Below are positions 20,220 through 30,218 of a stretch of 64,000 bases of DNA, piece after piece. Both the position numbers and the translations under genes were made by a program. Source of the stretch: Bacteroidia bacterium (GTDB lineage Bacteria > Bacteroidota > Bacteroidia > NS11-12g > UBA9320). The notes under the pieces are model-generated. The model saw nothing but the letters and a program-made list of their open reading frames with translations, was not told the origin of the DNA and did not search any database. The stretch is from assembly GCA_049115575.1 (NCBI GenBank), contig JAGDZU010000001.1, positions 30,851-94,850 on the forward strand, written 5' to 3'. Within the stretch, counting starts at the first letter, position 1. Each line of letters opens with the position of its first letter.

Positions 20220-20804
20220 TTAGAAATACTCATAGACTTGGGTCGCAAAGACATAAGTGAGATAGAGTATGGGGTATTCATCCATTTCTTTGCTGAGATT
20301 TAAGTTGTCCTCTGCTCCAACTAATTTGTGATGGCCATCCTCTTCAATTACCAAGGCCCAATGCCTAGCTGGGTGCCTATTTAATCTAACAGCCGTCTTA
20401 TCGTCTTTAAGGTAAATAATATTATGCCCCTTAGGCATGGCGTTGTATTGAAACTCAGCGTCAAATCTTGGGGTAATATAAAGATCTATGCGCTCTGGAC
20501 GAATCCAGGAAACCCACTTCACATCAAATTCTTTCTTTCCTCCGTTCTTTAGTCGAACCTTTACGCATCCAGTGTACTCAGACGTGTATGTGGTCTGCTT
20601 GAATTTAAATGCTTTAGAAACTTGGACCAGGTCTGATTCTGCAGATCTATGTACCTTCAACTTCGTGCCTTTTTTGGGATATTCAACATTATTGTATACC
20701 AAGCCACTGCGTTGACTGGAACAAGAAAATTGTATGCTTATAAGTAGTAGAAGCAGAAATGAGAGACTCTTTGACATCTTCTTCAAAGATAAAGTATAGA
20801 TCAA
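20220..20804 (-). CDS. Hypothetical lipoprotein
   Basis: Signal peptide with a lipobox (IQFSCSS); no recognisable domain. Confidence 0.45.
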   Translation of the reverse strand: MIYTLSLKKMSKSLSFLLLLLISIQFSCSSQRSGLVYNNVEYPKKGTKLKVHRSAESDLVQVSKAFKFKQTTYTSEYTGCVKVRLKNGGKKEFDVKWVSWIRPERIDLYITPRFDAEFQYNAMPKGHNIIYLKDDKTAVRLNRHPARHWALVIEEDGHHKLVGAEDNLNLSKEMDEYPILYLTYVFATQVYEYF

Positions 20805-20805
20805 C

Positions 20806-21447
20806 TCATGAGTTAGTGGTGTATCCTAAAATTTCAAAATCCTCATCATAGAGCTCATGCTCTAACCACCATAGTGTTTCCTCATCTACTGTTTTTACAG
20901 GAGAAGATGGATTGAGAATAATAGTAGGATCAAGTCCAAATGAAGTGGCCCATGGCGCAAATTCCTCGCTGTCTAGTTTGATTAGTGAAAAATGATTTCC
21001 AAAAACACTTCGGGCTTTGGTTGGATGAGATCTACATGCCCAAGGGATTCTTTCTCGGAAGTAATCTATTTGAGGCAAGTAGTGATGATCTTCACGATAT
21101 ACCTTTGGCAGATAGTTCAAAACAAAGTCTCGAAAATTAAGCTCTAATAAGAAAGCTTGGATGTCTTTAGGTCCTTTATAGTGATTATACAATAAGTGTT
21201 GACAGTCTTGATTCCAACTCCCATTCTCAACATCTTTCTTGGTCTTACTTTCAAATACGGACAGCACTCTGTCTAATGGGTTTCTCACCAAGTGATGAAG
21301 ATTTATTCTTTTAAAGGGGTTTAGCAAAAGCTTATTCAAGCTGTTCTTGTCTATTTCTTCTAAGCTATATCCTTTAGCAAAAGTGGTAGTTCCAACTTTA
21401 TTGCTCATTAGTGCTATATGATTCTCTTGCAATAGAAAGCTTGCCAT
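20806..21447 (-). CDS. Sulfotransferase family protein
   Basis: 5'-PSB-like KVGTTTF and 3'-PB-like RNPLDRVLS PAPS-binding motifs; 213 aa. Confidence 0.5.
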   Translation of the reverse strand: MASFLLQENHIALMSNKVGTTTFAKGYSLEEIDKNSLNKLLLNPFKRINLHHLVRNPLDRVLSVFESKTKKDVENGSWNQDCQHLLYNHYKGPKDIQAFLLELNFRDFVLNYLPKVYREDHHYLPQIDYFRERIPWACRSHPTKARSVFGNHFSLIKLDSEEFAPWATSFGLDPTIILNPSSPVKTVDEETLWWLEHELYDEDFEILGYTTNS

Positions 21448-21546
21448 TCATGCGAAATAGCATCATTTAGTTCAATCATTTATTGGTCAGCTGATAAATA
21501 TCATAATAAAGTATGTTACAAAATAGGTAAAAATATACAAAAAACG

Positions 21547-21554
21547 TAACTTTG
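21547..21554 (+). promoter_or_regulatory. Bacteroidetes -7 promoter element (TAACTTTG) upstream of the TetR gene
   Basis: Matches the TAnnTTTG consensus, 16 nt before the start codon. Confidence 0.35.
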
Positions 21555-21569
21555 TAGCACAAGAGTAAC

Positions 21570-22142
21570 ATGAAGAAGCTTTCTACAAATGAAAAATTGA
21601 TTCAGAGTGCCAGGAAATTATTCTTGGCTTTTGGTATTAAGAAAGTAAGTGTTGAAGAAATATGTTTAGAAGCTGGTTGCAGTAAAATGAGTTTCTATCG
21701 TCTTTTCAAAAACAAGGCAGATATAGCAAAAGTAGTCCTTACTGAAATTGCCTTGGAAGGGCGAGAGAGTTACAATGCTATCATGAATCAAGAGATTTCT
21801 TTCGCTGATAAAATGAAGCAAGTTGTTGCTCAAAAACATGAGAATGCCAAAGCGGTGAGCCTTGAATTCTTAAAGGATTTATATTCTAACTATCCGGATA
21901 TAATGAGTGAGTTGGATAGTTTTAGGTCGGAGTCCATTAAGCTATTCATTGATGACTTAAAAAAAGCTAGGAAAGAAGGGTTTATCCGCAAAGACATCAA
22001 GATTGATTTCATTATCTACATGTTCAATAGAATACAACTCATGCTCCAAGATGAGGAGTTGTTAAGTCAGTTCAAAAGTGTACAAGAAGCATCTGATAAT
22101 ATTACCAAACTATTGTTTTATGGCATACTGAAAGAGGAATGA
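21570..22142 (+). CDS. TetR/AcrR family transcriptional regulator
   Basis: N-terminal HTH (VSVEEICLEAGCSKMSFYRLFKNKADI), 190 aa. Confidence 0.75.
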   Translation: MKKLSTNEKLIQSARKLFLAFGIKKVSVEEICLEAGCSKMSFYRLFKNKADIAKVVLTEIALEGRESYNAIMNQEISFADKMKQVVAQKHENAKAVSLEFLKDLYSNYPDIMSELDSFRSESIKLFIDDLKKARKEGFIRKDIKIDFIIYMFNRIQLMLQDEELLSQFKSVQEASDNITKLLFYGILKEE

Positions 22143-23275
22143 GGTATTTGGGATTCATAGCGATCTTAATAGTTCAAGGCTTATGGGCTGAGTTAGATGC
22201 TCAAAACCGAATTGGGTTTAAGGGCCAGTTTTCAACGGCTGCAAACTATAGTCCAGACAATGAAATGGATTTGTTTATTGGTGGAAGGTATATTCCTCAA
22301 CTTGAGTACAGCTATCGTATTGACAGCGCAAACTTGCTTGATTTTGAAGCCTCTGCTAATATGTCTGCTTCAGCATTTCTACGCTCATTTGATTCAAGCT
22401 CAAACACGAGTACATTAAACCCTTATCGCTTGTGGGCTAGATATAGCACCAGGCGTTCTGAGTTTAGAATTGGTCTTCAAAAAATTGATTTTGGATCTGC
22501 GAGTCTTCTCAGACCAATTCAATGGTTCAATCAAATAGACCCCAGAGATCCGTTGCAATTAACCAATGGAGTATACGCAGCTCTTTATAGGCACTATTTA
22601 AAAAACAATGCTAATATCTGGCTTTGGGCTTTGTATGGAAATGAAAAAACGAGAGGCTTTGATGTTGTGAACACGAATGAACAAATTCCCGAATATGGTG
22701 GGAGAGTTCAATTGCCACTACAGCAAGGGGAGATTGCTATGAGTTATCACCATCGTGTAGCGGATAGCAGAGGGCAAATGTTTCTTCCTGAGATTTCTAA
22801 GATTCCAGAAGATAGAATAGGAATTGATGGGAAGTGGGATGTTGGTGTAGGCTTGTGGTTCGAATCGAGTTATGTTCACAAGCATGAGAGCATCTTGAAT
22901 TTCACCGAACAAGCCATGTTAAATCTGGGCGCCGACTATACTTTTAGTGTTGGTAATGGTTTAAATATGATGGTTGAACATTTGGCAGTTTCTTTTGATA
23001 GCACAGCTTTCGCTTTTGAACAAACTGCTCATGTTACGGCATTAATGGCCAATTACCCATTGGCTTTGTTCGACCAAATTATGCTATTGACCTATTACAA
23101 TTGGTCTACTGAAAGTCCAATATTATTGCTTAACTATCAACATCAATTTAAACATATTTCAGGCTATGTTTTAGCCTACTATAATCCAGAATCAACCCAG
23201 GGAATTCAAGAGAATGATTTAGTCAATTCTTTTCAAGGTCCTGGAATTAGAATAATGCTAGTTTATAACCATTAA
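22139..23275 (+). CDS. Hypothetical outer-membrane (beta-barrel-like) protein
   Basis: Signal peptide, alternating amphipathic strands, aromatic-rich C-terminal region. Its start overlaps the TetR stop. Confidence 0.4.
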   Translation: MRYLGFIAILIVQGLWAELDAQNRIGFKGQFSTAANYSPDNEMDLFIGGRYIPQLEYSYRIDSANLLDFEASANMSASAFLRSFDSSSNTSTLNPYRLWARYSTRRSEFRIGLQKIDFGSASLLRPIQWFNQIDPRDPLQLTNGVYAALYRHYLKNNANIWLWALYGNEKTRGFDVVNTNEQIPEYGGRVQLPLQQGEIAMSYHHRVADSRGQMFLPEISKIPEDRIGIDGKWDVGVGLWFESSYVHKHESILNFTEQAMLNLGADYTFSVGNGLNMMVEHLAVSFDSTAFAFEQTAHVTALMANYPLALFDQIMLLTYYNWSTESPILLLNYQHQFKHISGYVLAYYNPESTQGIQENDLVNSFQGPGIRIMLVYNH

Positions 23276-23279
23276 AACA

Positions 23280-23987
23280 ATGAACAAAGAAATCGTAGTT
23301 GAATTAAAGAATGTGACCAAACGCTTCAAAGTGGGAGATGGTGAGTTCACAGCGTTAAAAGACATCAATTTAAAATTTGAAAAAGGAGAATTTGCAGGAT
23401 TTGTGGGGCCAAGTGGTTCGGGAAAAACCACCTTATTAAATATTGTTGGTTCACTAGATACACCTACGGAGGGGCAGGCTATAGTACTGAATAAGGACAT
23501 TGCAACTTTGAGCCATCCAGAATCTGCTCTCTTAAGGAATTTTCATCTTGGATTTATTTTTCAAGTATACAATCTGTTACCGGTGTACACGGTCTATGAA
23601 AATGTGGAATTTGCCTTATTGCTACAGAAGAAATCCAAAGCGGAAAGGCATAAAGCTGTCATGGAAGCTCTGGAATGGGTTGGTTTGGCAGATTTAGCAA
23701 ATAAGAAACCAGCTAAACTCTCAGGTGGCGAAGGGCAAAGAGTTGCCATAGCCAGAGCCATTGTTAAAAGGCCTGCCTTGTTAATAGCAGATGAGCCTAC
23801 TGCAAACCTTGATGCAGACAATGCTCATTCCATCATGCGGATTCTTAAAAAGCTGAACGATGAATTGGATACCACTTTCTTATTCTCTACCCATGATGAG
23901 AAAGTGATGAGCTATATGGATAGAATTATTCATTTGGAAGACGGTAGAGTAGTAGAAGATGAAATCATTAAAAGTAAAGCCTTATGA
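23280..23987 (+). CDS. ABC transporter ATP-binding protein (MacB/LolD-like)
   Basis: Walker A (GPSGSGKTT), signature (LSGGEGQRVAIARA) and Walker B (LLIADEPTANLD). Confidence 0.85.
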   Translation: MNKEIVVELKNVTKRFKVGDGEFTALKDINLKFEKGEFAGFVGPSGSGKTTLLNIVGSLDTPTEGQAIVLNKDIATLSHPESALLRNFHLGFIFQVYNLLPVYTVYENVEFALLLQKKSKAERHKAVMEALEWVGLADLANKKPAKLSGGEGQRVAIARAIVKRPALLIADEPTANLDADNAHSIMRILKKLNDELDTTFLFSTHDEKVMSYMDRIIHLEDGRVVEDEIIKSKAL

Positions 23988-25135
23988 AACTCGCATTTCA
24001 ACTCGCATTTAGGAATTTAAAAGGTGCTGGATTGAGAACGCTGCTCAATGCTGGGGCTTTATCATTTGCCTTTGTCATTATTATCTTTTTTAATGGATTA
24101 ATGGATGGCTGGAATGAACAAGCTAAAAGAGACAGTATAGCGTGGCAGTATGGTTATGGTCATGTAACACATGAAGATTATGACATTTTTGACCCCTTCA
24201 CTATTCTTGATGCTCATGGAGTATATGAGCATTCTGAGAATTTGGAACCTCTGCTTATAAGACAAGCTACCATTTACCCAGACAACAGGATGGTTGGCGT
24301 CATGGTAAAAGGCATATCCCAGGATCAGCAAATACTGGATATCCCTACCAAATATTTAAAGAATGATGGCCCTGAAATACCAATGTTAATAGGTAAGAAT
24401 ATGGCTGAATCAAACAAACTTAATGTAGGAGATCAATTGATGCTGCGCTGGAGAGATGCCTATGGATCATTTGATGCTGGTATGGCAGAAGTAGTTCAAA
24501 TATTTGAGACCAATGTTCCCTCAACGGATGCTGGTCAAATCTGGATACCTATTGAGAGACTTTGGGAAATGACCGCATTAGATTCACATGCTACCTATTA
24601 TATCGCTAATGAACATTATGTGCATCAGGATGCGGATAAATGGGTGTATCAAGATCAAGATGCTCTATTAGAAGAAATATCAGAAATGATTGAAATGAAA
24701 AAGTACAGCGCAGGGATTATGTACATACTTCTAATGGCTATTGCATTACTAGCCATTTTTGACACTCAAGTCTTTTCAATATTCAGAAGACAAAGAGAAA
24801 TAGGCACCTATATAGCTTTGGGAATGACGAGACCCCAAGTGGTGGGTTTATTTACAGTTGAAGGTAGTGTGTATAGTATAGCCGGTGTTGCACTGGGAGC
24901 TCTTTATGGCTTTCCACTATTTTACATACTATCTCGAACAGGAATCCCCCTGCCTATGGATTATAGCGACTTCGGTATAGCCATAGCACAACGGATATTT
25001 CCTGTATTCGGATTGCAGCTAGTGCTGGTAACCATCATCTTGGTGGTGATATCGGCCACCATAGTGAGTTTTATTCCTGCTAGAAAGATTTCTAAAATGG
25101 ATCCAGTGTTGGCACTTAAAGGAAAACTACAATGA
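23984..25135 (+). CDS. ABC transporter permease, FtsX-like (MacB/LolE family)
   Basis: N-terminal TM helix, a large periplasmic domain, and a C-terminal FtsX-type 3-TM bundle. Confidence 0.7.
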   Translation: MKLAFQLAFRNLKGAGLRTLLNAGALSFAFVIIIFFNGLMDGWNEQAKRDSIAWQYGYGHVTHEDYDIFDPFTILDAHGVYEHSENLEPLLIRQATIYPDNRMVGVMVKGISQDQQILDIPTKYLKNDGPEIPMLIGKNMAESNKLNVGDQLMLRWRDAYGSFDAGMAEVVQIFETNVPSTDAGQIWIPIERLWEMTALDSHATYYIANEHYVHQDADKWVYQDQDALLEEISEMIEMKKYSAGIMYILLMAIALLAIFDTQVFSIFRRQREIGTYIALGMTRPQVVGLFTVEGSVYSIAGVALGALYGFPLFYILSRTGIPLPMDYSDFGIAIAQRIFPVFGLQLVLVTIILVVISATIVSFIPARKISKMDPVLALKGKLQ

Positions 25136-26406
25136 TCAGATTTTTATTAAAAGGATTGTTGAGAGATAGGAGTAGAAGCATACTTCCTATAATCATAGTG
25201 AGTATAGGTGTTGCTTTAACCGTATTTCTAATAGGGTATATAGAAGGAGCAATGGGAGATGTCACAGACCAAAATGCGCGCTTTGAAACAGGGCATGTTA
25301 AAGTCATGACTAAGGCATATGCCGAGAACAAAGATCAACTGCCTAATGATTTAGCCCTGTTGGGGGTGGATGAGCTTGTAAGTCAGCTAAATGAAGACTA
25401 CCCTGAATTGACATGGGTTAAAAGAGTAAAGTTCGGAGGTTTAATAGATGCATTTGAAGCAGATGGAAGTTCAAAAGGTCAAGGACCAGCAGTAGGGATG
25501 GCATTTGAAATAATGGAGAATGGTGGAGGTGAAGTGCAGAGATTAAATCTAGTAAATTCTTTGGTGAGTGGTGTATTACCTAACAGTGCTGGAGAAGTGT
25601 TGTTAGGCGATCAGTTTGCGGGAAAACTAAAAGTTAAGTTGGGAGATACGATTACATATTTTGGTTCAACCATGAATGGAAGTATGACCTTTAAGAACTT
25701 TGTTATCGTAGGAACTATACGTTTTGGAACACCTGTACTAGACAAAGGGGCGGTTGTTATTGATGTAGCAGATGCACAAGATATGCTTGATATGGAGGAT
25801 GGAGCTGGAGAAATCCTGGGATATCTACCCAATGAAACCTACTACGATGAACAAGCATTAGCGGTAGCACAGAGCTTCAATGAGAATTACTTTGATGAGA
25901 AAGATGAGTTTTCTCCTCAGATGTTCAGTCTTAAACAGCAGAATAATTTGGGCGTAATGTTAGATTTAGTGAACGTAATGTCTGGTATATATGTATTAAT
26001 TTTTGTTATAGCCATGTCTATGGTACTTTGGAATACAGGATTGCTAGGAGGGCTGAGAAGGTATCAGGAATTTGGTATCCGCCTTGCTCTAGGGGAGGCC
26101 AAAGGCAATATTTATAGAACCTTGATTATGGAGGCTGTTCTAATTGGAATCATTGGATCTATAGTAGGTACCATCATAGGTTTGTTTTTCACCTATTTAC
26201 TTCAAGTTTATGGCATAGATATTGGACAATACTTACCAAACAGTTCTATGCTATTTCCAAACGTTATAAGAGCGAAGATTACACCCCAATTGTTTTGGAT
26301 CGGATTCATACCAGGTTTGTTTGCAATGGTGTTAGGAAACATGCTTTCGGGTTATGGAATTTATAAAAGAGAAACTGCACGATTATTTAAAGAATTAGAA
26401 GTTTAA
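25132..26406 (+). CDS. ABC transporter permease, FtsX-like (second subunit)
   Basis: Same architecture as the preceding gene, with overlapping start and stop. Confidence 0.7.
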   Translation: MIRFLLKGLLRDRSRSILPIIIVSIGVALTVFLIGYIEGAMGDVTDQNARFETGHVKVMTKAYAENKDQLPNDLALLGVDELVSQLNEDYPELTWVKRVKFGGLIDAFEADGSSKGQGPAVGMAFEIMENGGGEVQRLNLVNSLVSGVLPNSAGEVLLGDQFAGKLKVKLGDTITYFGSTMNGSMTFKNFVIVGTIRFGTPVLDKGAVVIDVADAQDMLDMEDGAGEILGYLPNETYYDEQALAVAQSFNENYFDEKDEFSPQMFSLKQQNNLGVMLDLVNVMSGIYVLIFVIAMSMVLWNTGLLGGLRRYQEFGIRLALGEAKGNIYRTLIMEAVLIGIIGSIVGTIIGLFFTYLLQVYGIDIGQYLPNSSMLFPNVIRAKITPQLFWIGFIPGLFAMVLGNMLSGYGIYKRETARLFKELEV

Positions 26407-26410
26407 CAAC

Positions 26411-27148
26411 ATGAAATATTTAATATCATTTATAGTTTTAATAGGAATTTGGTCGTTTAAGGCTGACCACCCTTCACCTACTGAAATTATTGACAAAGTA
26501 GATGCTAACATGGCCTCCAAAACTAAAATCATAGAATCAACTATGATTATCCATGGTAGAAGAGGAGATAGGCAAATTAGTTCAAAGTCTTATACAGAAG
26601 GCGATGATAAATCTTTTACAGAATACCTTGCCCCAGCAAGAGAAAAGGGCACTAAAATGCTCAAGCTAGACGATAGATTGTGGATTTATTCACCTTCTAC
26701 AGATAGAGTGATACAGCTTTCAGGTCATATGCTTAAGCAATCTGTAATGGGCTCTGATTTGTCTTATGAAGACATGATGGAAGACGATAAGCTCATAGAC
26801 CTTTATTCAGCTAAAGTTACAGGTGAAGAAGTGATAGACGGAAGAAAATGCTGGATTCTAGAGCTTAATGCTAAAGTAACCGATGTCTCTTATCACAAAC
26901 GCAAAATGTGGATTGACCAAGAGCGATATGTACCTCTTAAAGAAGAGTTATTTGCTAAAAGCGGTCAATTGCTAAAGAAAACGACTCTAAGCAATGTAGT
27001 AAAATCAGGTAATCGATGGTTTCCTAAAAAAATGAACTATAGGGATATGTTAAAGAATGGAAAAGGAACCGACTTTGTAATCGACAAGATTGAATTCGAT
27101 AAAGATATTCCGGATTACCTCTTTACTAAAGCGGCTTTAAGGAAGTAA
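26411..27148 (+). CDS. Outer-membrane lipoprotein-sorting protein (LolA-like fold)
   Basis: Signal peptide and a roughly 240-aa LolA/LppX-like family appearance; the last gene of the ABC operon. Confidence 0.55.
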   Translation: MKYLISFIVLIGIWSFKADHPSPTEIIDKVDANMASKTKIIESTMIIHGRRGDRQISSKSYTEGDDKSFTEYLAPAREKGTKMLKLDDRLWIYSPSTDRVIQLSGHMLKQSVMGSDLSYEDMMEDDKLIDLYSAKVTGEEVIDGRKCWILELNAKVTDVSYHKRKMWIDQERYVPLKEELFAKSGQLLKKTTLSNVVKSGNRWFPKKMNYRDMLKNGKGTDFVIDKIEFDKDIPDYLFTKAALRK

Positions 27149-27149
27149 T

Positions 27150-28064
27150 CTAGAAAGAAAAAGTTTGATTCATTTCTTTAAGCTCATCTATAAAACTTCT
27201 TTCCTCGAATTGGATATACTTCATAATCTCAGATGGAAGAGCAATATTTAAGTGAGCGAGCTTAGCATCCTGATTGAGCGTGATTACGTCGAGATTAGGA
27301 TAAATGCTCATGACCTTATCCAAAACCTCATTTACACTCAGATTAAGTTCAGCTAAATTGTAATTTCCTGACGGAATCTCATTGTGCAGCATTTGAAATA
27401 TGGCTTGACAGAGTTTGTCAATATGTAAAAATGCTCGTGATTGATTTCCATCTCCAACTCTATTAACTTGACCAAAGTAATGAGCCTCAAACATAAATCG
27501 ATTAATAACTGAGTCTATTCTCATTGCCGGTGCATATCCATAAACATTTGCTGTTCTCAAGTTTATGGCTTTACATTTACGTATACGTTGCACCTGTTGC
27601 TCCGCTTTTAATTTAGATACACCGTAATAGGTAATGGGTTCTGGTATGCTGCTTTCCTTCAAGTCATTTTCAGAAGTACCATAGACTACTATAGTACTCA
27701 TATTAATAAGCAGTTTTACATCGCTATCATCAATGGCATCTACCACAGAGGCTGTTCCCCAATGGTTGGCTTGATCAAAAATATCTAGCTGTACATCTGT
27801 GAAAGGTTGTGTTATTTTGGCTGCCAGGTGAACAACCACATCAACACCTCTTAGCGCTTTGCTCAGGCTTCTACTGTCTAGGATATCTCCTTTAATAAAC
27901 TGTATGTTCTTGTTTTTTAGCTGTTGTCTAAAAAGTAAGGAGGGGTCAGAATTTGATAGATTATCGTAAATAACAATCTGATCCTCGCCCTTCAAATGCT
28001 TTGCTAAAAACGGAACTAGTTGAGAACCTATATAACCGCAACCACCTGTAATTAATACTTTCAT
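27150..28064 (-). CDS. NAD-dependent epimerase/dehydratase (SDR family)
   Basis: Rossmann motif ITGGCGYIGSQLV, 304 aa. Confidence 0.75.
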   Translation of the reverse strand: MKVLITGGCGYIGSQLVPFLAKHLKGEDQIVIYDNLSNSDPSLLFRQQLKNKNIQFIKGDILDSRSLSKALRGVDVVVHLAAKITQPFTDVQLDIFDQANHWGTASVVDAIDDSDVKLLINMSTIVVYGTSENDLKESSIPEPITYYGVSKLKAEQQVQRIRKCKAINLRTANVYGYAPAMRIDSVINRFMFEAHYFGQVNRVGDGNQSRAFLHIDKLCQAIFQMLHNEIPSGNYNLAELNLSVNEVLDKVMSIYPNLDVITLNQDAKLAHLNIALPSEIMKYIQFEERSFIDELKEMNQTFSF

Positions 28065-28723
28065 TTTTCTAATAGTTCAATGTGAAGCCCGCATTCATCT
28101 TTTTTAGTTCCATCCCATCTTCCAGCTCTTCCTTCATCCAGAAATTTAGCTGTGCAAGGTTCACAACCTACACTTAAATAACCCTGTTCTTCTAAAGGGT
28201 GTGCTGGTAAATCAAATTTCACCCTATAGTCGTAAATATCTTTGGATGACCAATCTAAAATGGGGTGATATCTCATAGTGTTGTGCCTTCCTTCTTGAAA
28301 CCGTTTCATTCCTTGCCTATTCTGGTTTTGCTCTGCTCGGACTCCCGCAATCCAAACGTCGTGCTTATGCATGACTACTTCCATAGGTAATATTTTATTT
28401 AAGTGACAGCAATAATCTGTGTCACTGCTGTAGAAAAACCTGCCTTTTGAGTCTTTCTGATGAATTTTTTCAATATCCGGCTGCAGGTTAATCAGATTTA
28501 GATCAAACCGATCTGTTAATTGATTTCTGAAAGCTAGGGTTTCAGGAAAATGGAATCCTGTATTCAGGAAGTAAACGGGAATAGAATTGTCAATTGTGCT
28601 TATTAAGTGCAGAAGAGGAATACTGTGCGTTTGAAATGAGGAGCTGAGGAACATGGATTTCCCTTCAGATTTCATTGCTATGACCTCATTTTGAATAGTT
28701 TGAATTTCCTTTTGCAATTGCAC
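28061..28723 (-). CDS. cysH: Phosphoadenosine phosphosulfate (PAPS/APS) reductase family protein
   Basis: PAPS-reductase fold with the C-terminal ECGLH motif (KKDECGLHIELL). Its stop overlaps the start of the epimerase gene. Confidence 0.65.
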   Translation of the reverse strand: MQLQKEIQTIQNEVIAMKSEGKSMFLSSSFQTHSIPLLHLISTIDNSIPVYFLNTGFHFPETLAFRNQLTDRFDLNLINLQPDIEKIHQKDSKGRFFYSSDTDYCCHLNKILPMEVVMHKHDVWIAGVRAEQNQNRQGMKRFQEGRHNTMRYHPILDWSSKDIYDYRVKFDLPAHPLEEQGYLSVGCEPCTAKFLDEGRAGRWDGTKKDECGLHIELLEK

Positions 28724-28789
28724 CGCTGCAAGATAGGAGTATCATAAAGGCAGAATATGAAAAAAGGCAGTTTTTTAACTGATAAGTAT

Positions 28790-28832
28790 GAAAAAGGGAG
28801 GCCATAACACATAACCCCCCTTTAAACCCATA
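28790..28832 (-). terminator. Rho-independent terminator downstream of the 28850-30587 operon
   Basis: On the minus strand, GGGGGGG..CCTCCC stem followed by a TTTTTCAT run. Confidence 0.4.
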
Positions 28833-28849
28833 ACAGTAGTTAAAATGTC

Positions 28850-29251
28850 TTACATGGGATGACAATGGAAAAGTATAGTTTTAGTCTCTTTGTCGCCCTC
28901 ATGATTTTTGTCTATGGTAATTGTAAGTACCATATCACTGTGACTGTTTACATCATTGACCCACATTTCATGAATGTGGAACATTAAACCATCTTCATGT
29001 GCATGTTTGTTAAAAACCTCCGTGTTGTTATTTGAGGTGTTCACTAAACTTATTTCGTAACCGTGCATCTCCATATCTGCGGAGATCATACCGTTAATAT
29101 ATACGGTATCACCTTGACCATACATGGTACTAGCAACAGGTTCTGCAAAGTTTATAGTGATATCATTTTGAGGATTCATGCTCTCATCTTCTTTACAGGA
29201 CGACAACATAAGAAAAGTTAAAGCCAATATTGATATAAGTGTTTTATTCAT
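28850..29251 (-). CDS. His/Met-rich lipoprotein (putative periplasmic metal-binding protein)
   Basis: Lipobox (LSSC) and motifs MISADMEMHGYE, HIHEMW and HCHPM, reminiscent of Cu(I)/metal-binding periplasmic proteins. Confidence 0.45.
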   Translation of the reverse strand: MNKTLISILALTFLMLSSCKEDESMNPQNDITINFAEPVASTMYGQGDTVYINGMISADMEMHGYEISLVNTSNNNTEVFNKHAHEDGLMFHIHEMWVNDVNSHSDMVLTITIDKNHEGDKETKTILFHCHPM

Positions 29252-30186
29252 TTTTTAGATTTTTTATTGATGAAGTATAGTAATTGAATTCTTGAACTGA
29301 GTTTAGGTGTTACATAGCCTTCTGATATTTCGTAGGCAAAAGGAATTTCAGTATTGAACCTAAAACCAAATGATTTGATATATAAATCTAGGCCCAGGAT
29401 TCCACTCCACTGTTCTTTGCCACTGTATTGCTTCTCTATATTCAAGGAAGTGTAAGCAATGTCTTTATTAAAGTGTTGATATGATAGACCCACTTGAGGT
29501 ATCAATGTCTGTTTCATAAACCTCTTTTGAGTAAATCCAATAATTTTACTGTTGAATCTGTTTCCGAACTTAAATTCATTGCTGTTAGCTCCATTCAAGC
29601 TATAATAAAGTTCATGATTGAGACCGAATTGCTTGCTTCTCAATGAGAAGTTCGAAGCGAGTTGAGCGTCCCAAGATCCACTGCCCAGCATCATATTCTG
29701 TATTTGTTGACCATCAAGATTGTTGTTGGTGGCACCGGTTGGCATTTTAAGCCCGGCACCAACGAGCCAGAACAATTGTGTCTTACTATTGCTCGTGCCT
29801 CTTCGCCAAAGTCCGTAATAGGTTTGAATGGAAGCATCTCCTAAACCGTTGATAGATTTAGAGGAATAGCTAGCACCTGGGCTCATGTTGATACTGTTGG
29901 CCTTATAAGGTACCGATGCAGTAATCATCCAGCGATCTTTCAAGAAGTATCTCATCCATAGGTCGACAGTTTGGAAATGATCCTTGCTGTATTGAGCATC
30001 CATGCCTGGCATAGGTGGGTGATCTGTTCTAAAGCTGCTGATGCTGTAGTTAATACCTATGATATGTCTTTTTTGGAGAGGTATGTAACCAAAGCCCATG
30101 TTCATGCCTGATCCACCACATACATCGCAGGCGAGTATAGGTACGGCCAATAGCGCAAAGGCTATTGTAAATATGTGTTTTTTCAT
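29248..30186 (-). CDS. Outer-membrane beta-barrel protein with an N-terminal CxxC (CDVCGG) motif
   Basis: Signal peptide, CDVCGGSG immediately after the predicted cleavage site, a beta-barrel-like alternating pattern, 312 aa. Confidence 0.45.
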   Translation of the reverse strand: MKKHIFTIAFALLAVPILACDVCGGSGMNMGFGYIPLQKRHIIGINYSISSFRTDHPPMPGMDAQYSKDHFQTVDLWMRYFLKDRWMITASVPYKANSINMSPGASYSSKSINGLGDASIQTYYGLWRRGTSNSKTQLFWLVGAGLKMPTGATNNNLDGQQIQNMMLGSGSWDAQLASNFSLRSKQFGLNHELYYSLNGANSNEFKFGNRFNSKIIGFTQKRFMKQTLIPQVGLSYQHFNKDIAYTSLNIEKQYSGKEQWSGILGLDLYIKSFGFRFNTEIPFAYEISEGYVTPKLSSRIQLLYFINKKSKK

Positions 30187-30218
30187 TGTTCGATTTATTA
30201 GTTTAAGACAGAAATTAC

